Origin: Octopus vulgaris
Taxonomy: Eukaryota
NCBI GenBank assembly: GCA_951406725.2
Contig: CATOCA020000017.1
Span: 15,733 to 79,732 of the forward strand
DNA length: 64,000 nucleotides
Direction: 5' to 3'
Shown here: piece by piece, positions 49,600-64,000 of the stretch
Layout: every line of letters starts with the position of its first letter
How positions within the stretch are numbered: the stretch's first letter is position 1
Program-made: the position numbers and the translations under genes
Notes under the pieces: generated by a model
The model's input: the letters and a program-made list of their open reading frames with translations, nothing else
Told to the model about the DNA's origin: nothing
Database searches by the model: none

Positions 49600-52200
49600 A
49601 ATGACTTTATTTATTTTGAAAAGCAGCAAAGTACAGAGAAAAGAGATTTGGGACAAGGGTGCCACCCTGCTTGGCACCATTCTCTACAGGGATGGGTCCC
49701 GCCATGCTACCACCAACATTGACCCAAGCCTCCATTCCATCATGAAATGATTTGATTATTGATACAAAGTGATCTGGACATCCAGGTTTGCCATGTATTT
49801 TCCATAGGGAAACCCTATTCACAGTATCAAAGGCCTTGGTTGAATAAATGAATATCTGGACAAGATACATATTCTGCTCATAGTACTTCTACATCTGTCT
49901 CATTGTGAAAATCATATCCATCATTCCTCTTCCAGATCAGAAACCACATTGAGATTCAGATAGGATATCATTTACAAGACATGATATTTTGTTTGGGAAA
50001 AGATTAATAGACGAAGATTATTTTTATGTGGAGGAATAATTAATTATAATCCTATAATGAGTTTATTGATGTTTTTGTTATGTATTTGTAATATGGGAGC
50101 TCCCCCATTTATTAATTTGGTTAGTGAAATTATGTTATATATTTCTATATATGTTATATATGTTATACATATGTTATATATTTCTGGTAAGAATACTTAC
50201 CAGAACCTTGCCAGCAGCTAATAGTAGAGCAATACCTCTGTAATTGCCACACTCTACTCTGGCTTTCTTTTATAGAGAGGAAGAATAATTGCATCCTTCC
50301 TGGCCTTAGGCATTGCACCATTCCTCCAGATTACACTAATAAGTTCATTAAGGGACTATGTGATGTGATCACGGGACCTCAGCACAAATACCATCCCTAC
50401 CAGGTGCCTTACTAAGATTTAATTTACTTCTTGCTGTCATTATCTCACCTATTTAGGACATGGAATTTAAGGAGCTAATGACAGGTCTTTGTTGCATAGT
50501 GTCAATCACGGCTTCATGGACAATTGTCTCACAGTTTAAGAGTTCAGAAAAATGTCCAATCAAGTGACCTGTGATCTCTGTTGATTTAATAAACATAGTA
50601 GAAGACTCCTTGGAATGCAAAGGAGTAACTTGCTTCATAAGATGGTCAAGCTTCTTGTTGTTATTTGCATCAGCAGCAGCCTGAACATCACATGCAAGGT
50701 CCCCACACCAGGTGTTCTGCATCTTCCTGAGATATCACTGCAGTAGTGATTTTACACTGCTCTAGTGGGCAAGTGTTGGATTTTGCTGCACAACTGAAAG
50801 TCCTCAGTGCAGTAATATACTGTGGGCATGGCACTTAACAACCAATAGTCCCTGAACTTCAGCATCATTTTCATCAAACCAGTCTATGTGTCTGGAAGTA
50901 GCATGTCCCAGTGTTTCAGCAGCACATTGAAGAGCCTAGTCTCAGAAATCTTCCCACATTGTAGTATTTTCAATGCTGGATAAACAATTCTGAAGTTCTT
51001 TCCTCACCACAGCATCATCTATCTTATGGAGATTTAGATGCCGAGGAATGCCAACTGGCCCTCTTCTTTCTTTCATTGGGATCATCATCTGGGACTTTGC
51101 TTGCACCAGGCTGTGGTCTGTCCAGTACTCTGAACCATGAAAGGACTTGATATTACAAATGTCATAGACATCACACTTGCGAATGATGACACAATCCAGC
51201 AAGTGCCAAACTTTAGACCTTGGGTTCATCCATGCTGTTGTGTGATCACCTCTGTGCTTAAAATGATTGCTTGCAATGTAAAGTCCATATTCCTTGCAAA
51301 GCTCCAGAAGCATGAAACTATTGCAATTCATCTTCCCTACACCAAAACATCCAAGAGAGTTCCATGTCTGCCAATCTGTTCCAACCCTGGCATTAAAATC
51401 CTTCAGGAGAATGACTTTATCAGAATTGGGGATTTTCCTAGGTATAGCTCTCAGTTGGGTATAGAAAATAGCTTCATTTTCATCACAACTGGTGAAAGTA
51501 AGTGCATAAGCACTTATTAAAGTAGCAAAGCACCCACCCCTCAGGTGCAAACATAGAATCATTAGAGAATCATTTATAGGAAAGAAACAAGAAGCTTCTC
51601 TAACTTCTTAAGGACTTCAGATTGAACTGCAAAGCCAAAGTGCTGGCTTTGCAGTTCAATCTGAAATCCTTAAGCACTAGCCTCTCTGCACTCCTCCTTC
51701 AGTTTCCACTTCCAAAAAAGGTGTATCCACCTCCTACTTCCTCAAGCTGACCATCACCTTCTACACAAGTCTCTGAAAGTGCAGCTATATCAGTGTTATA
51801 ATAGTTCAGCTCCCAAGTAACAGATGCGGTGTGTCTTTCAGGCCTACAATCTCTCTTATTATCCCACAGAGTGTGCACATTCCAACTTGAAATATTCAAG
51901 TTCCAACCAGATTTTACAAGTATTCTCATTGCTTTGAGAGCACAGGATTGACATCCAACAGTCATGCTAAACTGACCAGATAGAGAAAGACAGGCAATTT
52001 TTGTTCACCTTTTCTAGAACCTCTCTGGCCTCCAGGTAAGTGGAGCTCTCCTAAATGGAGCTGCCCAGACATCCATGCAGCAACTGAAACCTATCACTAT
52101 CTTAGGTGACAAGGAGACTACTTTATATTTAACATAGGCCACCTACATGCAGGTCATTGACGACATGCTTCCAACCTATCAGGTTTGCATGCTTCACCAC
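49600..52200 (-). mobile_element. Decayed RTE (BovB-like) LINE
   Basis: SSWNVHTL, AALSET, DFNARVG, HLLDCVI, WTDHSLV, TKAFDTVNR, GAKQGGTLVPNLF. Confidence 0.78.
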
Positions 52201-52786
52201 TTTCCCATCACTGCAGGACTTCCAAATAAAAATATATATCAATATATATCTAAAAAGAAAAAAAGAAAAGGAATGCACATGTAAAGGAAAAGGTCAGCAA
52301 TGCCTGTGCAAAGTTTAGGTCCAATAAGGACTTGTGAGATAAGCCAAGGCAAGATGTCAGGCACCAATATAAGTTGCTGGCTCAGGGATGTGGGAGTGCC
52401 ATGATCTCAAGCATAAGCAAAAGATCCCTAAAATGTCTAATGCTATTCTCTGCATATCTGGTTTTATATCAGAGTAGCCTTCTCCTAGAAACATGCTTCA
52501 GCAAGAGTTCAGGGGTGCCTCACTCCCAGTGGCCTTACAGCATGCCGGACACCATCCCAGAATTTCTGCATACTCGTGCTATTGCTAGATAGTCATTGAA
52601 CCTGCACTAACTTCATCTGGCCTTTTAAGAGGTCTTGTTTTTAGTCCTGCTGGGTTCCTAGCAACACTCCTCACCAGAAAAGCCTGGTGGGGGTGCTGGT
52701 TTAGTTGCTGGCAACCTAACCATGCAACATGTACTGGGTTCTATGTTACCAGTAGCACTCATGAGTGACCTGACATACAAGCGACC

Positions 52787-52854
52787 ATACATACATACAT
52801 ACATACATACATACATACATACATACATACATACATACATACATACATACATAC
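52787..52854. repeat. (TACA)n microsatellite
   Basis: About 17 units. Confidence 0.95.
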
Positions 52855-53748
52855 AAGCACTGTACTGTCAACTCATGAATGCACTGCAGCCTGCATATAC
52901 AGGACCTGAAGGCACTGCAATCCCAGAGTCACAGGTAGTGAAAGACTTGGAGATCGATATGTGCAATGATGCATCATTTCATATGCAAATTAAGAAGATG
53001 GCAGCAAAGTGTAGACAATTGGTAGGATGGATACTAAGGTCCTTCAAGAGACCAAGAAATGGATACTAAAGTCCTTTAAGAGACCAAGAAATTATGTTTA
53101 CCCTGTGGAGGACCTTTGTTCACTACTGCTCTCAGCTATGGTCATCACATAGTGCCAAACTAACAGCGGACCTTGAAGCAGTCCAATGTCACTTCACTAA
53201 AGAGATTGAAACAGTGCAGTGGATGAGCTACAGGGAGAGGCTGAGAAAACTGTGACTTACTCCCTGAAGCAAAGGCACAACAGATATATAATAATCTACA
53301 TATGAAAAACTTTAGAAGGGTTTAGTACCTAATTTTGGCATTGAATGTTATACAAATGCCAGAACTGAATGTCATTGTATCATACCATCCACTCCATCTA
53401 AATTCAGGACCAGGTACTGCAAAGGCCTAGGATTCAAAGTCCCACAACTCTTCAATGCCTTGCCACAAAAGTTTTTATATCTACATAATGTGGATGTAGA
53501 TGTCTTCAAAAAGAAAGCAGACATCCTCCTCTCTACAATACAAAATGAACAGAGCCTGGCATGAGGTACAGACAAGTGCAGCAGAATCAAATTCCCTCAT
53601 ACACCAAATGGGACAACCGCTGGGACAAAAGAACATGCAAGAGTGGTGATGTGAAACCTCCCAGCCTGAGGAAATCAACAAAACTATGGTGGTACTTCAG
53701 CTGCATGGCTGAAACAAATAAAAAAATACATACATGCATACATACATA
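52855..53748 (+). mobile_element. Decayed 5'-truncated CR1-clade LINE 3' end (same family as 62813-64000)
   Basis: VKDLEIDMCNDASF, LVGWILRSF, YCSQLWS; 3' end GGCTGAAACAAATAAAAAAA then (TACA)n. Confidence 0.78.
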
Positions 53749-53990
53749 TGCTTTGCATAGCAGAGTGGGCAAGGATCCTTAAAGACTCGCTCAACCCAGT
53801 GATGCTCTTAAACTCCAGAAGTAATCTATTTCCCTGTTTACATTTTAGACACTACCTGCTGCAGGCATGGTATTTCCCATTTGTTGATTAGGGAGGAGAT
53901 TCCCTGTGGGTCAATTATAACCATAAGATTTTGCTGATCAGACCAATCTAAAGGTGATAACCCGTCCTGTTTAAGGTTCAGACAGTATAG

Positions 53991-54208
53991 CAGTGCTTTT
54001 CAACCTTTTTACTGGAGCGGAACCCCAAGAAAACATTTCACTGGCTCGAGGAACCCTGAGCAATAATTTAATTGTCTTATGCACACATATCTGCACAGGA
54101 GAATTAAAAATTACTGTCGATTTTAGCATTTTTGTAACTTCTTGCGGAACCCCTGAACTGTACTGGCAGAACCCTAAGGTTCCACGGAACCCTGGTTGAA
54201 AACCACTG
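53991..54208. mobile_element. hAT-superfamily MITE
   Basis: TIRs CAGTGCTTTTCAACC / GGTTGAAAACCACTG; perfect 8-bp TSD CAGTATAG (53983-53990, 54209-54216); subterminal GGAACCC repeats. Confidence 0.9.
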
Positions 54209-54406
54209 CAGTATAGAATATTCTTTGTTTACTAATTAACTGACTATGACGGTTTTCTGCCTCCTGTTTGTGTAGAGAATATATATCTACAGCCATTGGA
54301 GTCTGACAAGTCTATAAAGCCAAGCACTCTATGGATGAAAAACCATTGGTCACTCTATGACTTGACATATATTTAACTTCATATATATACATACATATAT
54401 ATATAT

Positions 54407-54666
54407 TGATAAAAATGGTAAGACAACAAAAGAATGAAAGGGACGTCGATATTATGTAAATAGAGGAATTTATCTGTAAATGTAATATGTGACAATTATT
54501 CAGTAGCCATGATAAAACTCTGAGTTTCGGATGCCGAGATGGAAATCCACGCCGCCATCTCTTCAGTAATTCGGCCATCGGAAAAATGCTATATGCCACC
54601 TAGGCATCTGAAACTCAGAGTTTTATCATGGCTACCGAATAATTGTCACATATAACATTTACAGAA
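54407..54666 (-). mobile_element. Penelope-like pLTR remnant with inverted duplication and degenerate hammerhead, within (TA)n
   Basis: 63-bp inverted arms 54473-54535 / 54603-54665 (3 mismatches). Minus strand CUGAAGA...stem...CGAAACUCAGAGUU. Flanked by TA repeats. Confidence 0.55.
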
Positions 54667-55337
54667 ATATATATATATATATATATATGAACCTACTGTA
54701 AAATCTTGTGAATAAGAGTAGCTAGACTAGAGTGGTTGGTCAATAAAAATATTTCTGGATCATTGATCTGAACGTTTTAAAATTCTGTATGTAAACTGCT
54801 GGAGAAAGAACAAAAGCTATACTAGCAAACAATTCTTTCCAGTTGTTTTCAAATTTTCTGTCTAAAAAGTTGTTTGTGTGTGTTGTATGATGTGATATAT
54901 TACTACTTTTTTCATTCAAACTTTCCATCTGGTGACATATTGGAATAACGATGTTGGTGAGTTTAGTTGCTGTTGTGGTTGTTTTCACTATTTCTATTGA
55001 ATTGTTGTTGTTGTTACTACTGTTGCTGATCACATTCACAAAAATAATTATGATGAAATTAGCCTAAATTTAGCAACCTAATCTTTGATTTCACAATGAA
55101 TCAGCTATTAAACTGACCAATGAAAATAGTACAGGACTCTGGTATCAGATAAGACACTTTTGTGGGTGGGGAAGATCAATCGTCTTGGCAGAAGTTTTTT
55201 TTTAAAAATAATATAACTTTTCTAGTCAATGAGTCAAGCTATTTGTCATCCTGATATATCAAGATTGGGAGTTAGTCATGCATTTAAGAAAACTATTTCG
55301 TTAATAAAAAGTATTGAAGCACATAAAATATCTGCAC

Positions 55338-55800
<463 letters not shown>

Positions 55801-55869
55801 TTCACATACATACATACATACGCACATACGTGTGTGTGTGTGTGTGTTCTAAAAAGAAAATGAATACGA

Positions 55870-56114
55870 ATCAACGCGACATGGCCTTTAATCCTATCAC
55901 GTGACCTCCGAATGTTGTGACGTCATGTCCGTAAGAGTACGGTAGCCATGTTTCCTCCTTATCTGTGAGACTGCAATCACTCCAGCCAAGTTGTTGTGTC
56001 GCTCTTCGTCTTCAGTTGTCTTGTCGGACAGCTTTTTGTTTATTGGTGGAAATCGCTGTAGAAGCGAATATACTATATTTGTTACGATCAATGTGCAGAA
56101 ATATTCTGGTAAGT
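55870..56114 (+). promoter_or_regulatory. Candidate host promoter plus non-coding first exon
   Basis: E-box TCACGTGA (55897-55904), CRE TGACGTCA (55918-55925), YY1-like GCCATGTT (55945-55952), local CpG retention, splice donor CTG|GTAAGT at 56108/56109. Confidence 0.4.
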
Positions 56115-56480
56115 ATCTTCACTCGATACTGACGCATTTTTTTTATTTTGATGCCGGTTCTTTCTAATTTTTTTTTTCTTTCTCGTGTTTGGAAAATTTT
56201 CACATTTTAGTTATAATTATAACTACTATTATTCTAGATGTACTCTCGACGTCATCTCTCATCTGATCAATTCTTTTAAATCCTGCAAAAATCTATAATT
56301 AAAGTCGTTCCAACCATGACTATTCCATTCTTTTCATTCTATTACTAATATTTCGTACAGTTAGTACCTAATAGACTCCCCCACATACACATTTTTCTCT
56401 TTTTGGTATTTTCCGATTTGTGTGGGAGTTTGCTTAAGTGTGTTGTATGTACAATATACGCATAACTATGACGTTGTTGG

Positions 56481-56516
<36 letters not shown>

Positions 56517-57134
56517 AAATATGAAGTAACTTGATGCATACGAAAGTTCATTTTATTCCTCGACGTACGAGGATAATATATGTCGGTCAAAGATTACAGT
56601 ATATAAAAGCTTTGTCTTGGTAGTCTGTGTATTAGAAGCTTCTTGAACTCTGAGCAATCACGTTTCAGAATGCTTAAACAATGTACTGGATGACTTAGAA
56701 GCATTTAAATAAGATAGGCTATATAAAATTAGAAGTCATTTTGCTTTTATATATTAAATACTGAGGGCATTTCAGAACCAGCCTCTCTCTATGTGTGTGT
56801 ATATATGTACAGGCACATATGTAAGCTCTGAAACATCATTTTCGTGCCTCCCAACCGTAGTTATATGTAAAGAATTTCATACATTTGGTTCGCATTTTCT
56901 TTGTGGGATTCTAAATAATTTTGTCTATTGCAGTCTTATTTTCCCTCTCTCGTATACTCGTTTTTGACTAACGTTTTAAAATGATTCATTTCTATTGTTG
57001 CCTGAAAAAAATTATTACATCGAGCGACGGTGTGAATCATCATATAAAGATTATACACACACGTTTTTATCTGATGGATTCTAATCTTACCATCATTTTA
57101 TTAAATGGCAACTAGTTGGAGTGTTAATATAGCT

Positions 57135-57412
57135 CATTGACTCTCAGCCGGGATCCATATGACCCCTAGAGGTCCACAAAAGCTAAATAGTAAATTGGAG
57201 ATCCACAGGTAGTATTTTAAGGGTCCATGAAAAATTTTGATGTAGATGTATTGCAAAATGTTACTGTTTCTTTAACGTTTTGCACAGTTCGACTTCACAC
57301 AAGTATGTGAAAAGCATAATAGGAATTTTGAAACTATATTATAAAACTAATTTTTAAGCATCGAATGAAACGAATAAAATAATCAGATGAAAAAGATGGT
57401 CGAGATTTACTG
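57135..57412. mobile_element. Old hAT-like MITE
   Basis: Degenerate TIRs CATTGACTCTCAGCC / GGTCGAGATTTACTG; 8-bp TSD ATATAGCT / CTATAGCT. Confidence 0.55.
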
Positions 57413-57825
57413 CTATAGCTGGAATGTTCATTCGTTCTTGGTGTTATGATAAACAAAATTCTCTCCGTTCTATAATTCGCTTGCTGCAGTTCTCATTAAT
57501 GGATACTTCATTTTTCCTTCCTCTCTTTATAGTTGAATATTAAGGATTTCCAAGCCATTTTGCATTGCTAAGTTCCGAGGAATTTACTTCCCTGTCTAAT
57601 CATATAACGTGCATTGATGCTCGACGAATCGAATGAGAGTACTCAATGTGTATAGCAGAGTTCTAATTTATTCGATATAGACACACACACATCTCCCCCC
57701 CCCCCACCACTTGTTTCAGTCAAGTGACTGCGCCCATTCTGGTGTATGGGCATTACAGGGACATAAACACCAGCATCGATTATCAAGCAATGGTGGGAGG
57801 ACAAACACACACGCAAATATATACT

Positions 57826-62812
<4,987 letters not shown>

Positions 62813-64000
62813 TATCACAAATTACTCAGACTCGGCATAACAGGAAAAGTAGGTGAGTGGATACATGACTTCCTGAAGGACAGAAGCCAGATGGTTGCAG
62901 CCAATGGAGCCCTCTCGGGAAAGACACCAATAGCAAGCGGGGTGCCACAGGGCACAGTCTTGGGACCCTTGCTGTTTTTGGTGGCGCTCTCTGACATGCC
63001 CTTGGTAGCACAAACAACATCCCTCACTAGCTATGCTGATGACACAAAGGTAGCACAGGCAATCAAAAACCCAGCTGATGCTGACCTTTTACAACAAGAT
63101 CTGGATGCCATATACAAATGGGCTGAAGACAACAACATGCAATTTAATGCTGGTAAATTTCAAGCCTTACAATATCAAGCTGTAAACACATATACATTAC
63201 AACACAACTATACTGGTCCAGGAGGGATCGAAATCCCAGTATCGAAATCAATACGGGACCTGGGGATAGACATGAGTGACGATGCATCTTTTTCTTCACA
63301 CATCGCGAAGGTGGCGACAATGTGCAGACGACTCACTGGCTGGATCCTGAGGACATTCCGGACAAGAGACTGCGAGACCATGTTGACACTATGGAGGACA
63401 TTTGTCCTAAGCCGCCTGGACTACTGCTCCCAACTGTGGTCACCGCATAGTGTCAAACTAACCACAGAGCTTGAGACAATCCAAAGACATTTCACCAAGA
63501 GGATTTCCACCATGAAAGAAAAGAACTATTGGGAGAGGCTTAGGGAACTCAATTTGTACTCCTTGGAACGAAGACGAGAGAGATATGCAGTGATATACAT
63601 ATGGAAAATCCTGGAGGGACTAGCACCAAATTTTGGAATTGAGAGCTGTTCCAATCCCCGTACAGGACGTCACTGTGTGGTGCCAAAGGTCCCGTCTTCC
63701 ACATCCAGGGTAAGGAGCAGATACTGTAATAGCCTGGGGTTCAGGGGCCCTCAGCTTTTCAACAAACTGCCAAGAAAACTAAGAGATCTACATGATGCGG
63801 ATGTGGACATTTTCAAAAAACATCTAGACAAGCTGCTTTCCGGGATCCCAGATGAACCCACTGCAAGGTACGAAGGTAACCTAAGGGCAGCAGCTACAAA
63901 CTCTCTCTTAGATCAGTGGCCAGCCACGGCAAACTGGACTTAGAGAGGGTAGCAACAAGGGCGGTGCCCCAGCATGGCCTCAGCCGGATGGCTGAAACAA
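62813..64000 (+). mobile_element. 5'-truncated CR1-clade LINE; RT C-terminal frame open to stop at 63943
   Basis: [44 protein letters not shown]; 3' UTR ...GGCTGAAACAA at window end. Confidence 0.9.

Noticed and set aside
54740-55039. 99-aa minus-strand ORF as a host exon
   Set aside because: Non-ATG start, low complexity, no recognisable motif or clear splice sites; insufficient support.

Overview
Eukaryotic, transposon-saturated DNA. The microsatellite types and SINE/LINE repertoire suggest an invertebrate, probably a cephalopod mollusc (inference). No complete host protein gene was recognised. Positions 1-22959 hold at least four young, head-to-tail, ~5.8-5.9 kb two-ORF non-LTR retrotransposons of the L1/Tx1 clade. 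Each copy ends in AATAAA plus a short (ATT)n and is joined directly to the 5' end of the next. ORF2 (APE endonuclease-RT-CCHC) is nearly invariant, while ORF1 occurs as two clearly diverged types plus a recombinant mosaic. Immediately downstream lies a ~500 bp non-coding element with a 136-bp direct repeat and a minus-strand minimal hammerhead ribozyme with a compensated U3-A8 core, followed by the (AAT)n tail of a tRNA-derived SINE. The rest is nested, older debris: older Tx1 relatives, R4/Dong-like, CR1 and RTE LINEs, a mariner remnant, hAT MITEs, SINEs, a second Penelope-like hammerhead/inverted-repeat remnant, a possible host promoter with first exon near 55.9-56.1 kb, and a ~5 kb (TA)n tract.
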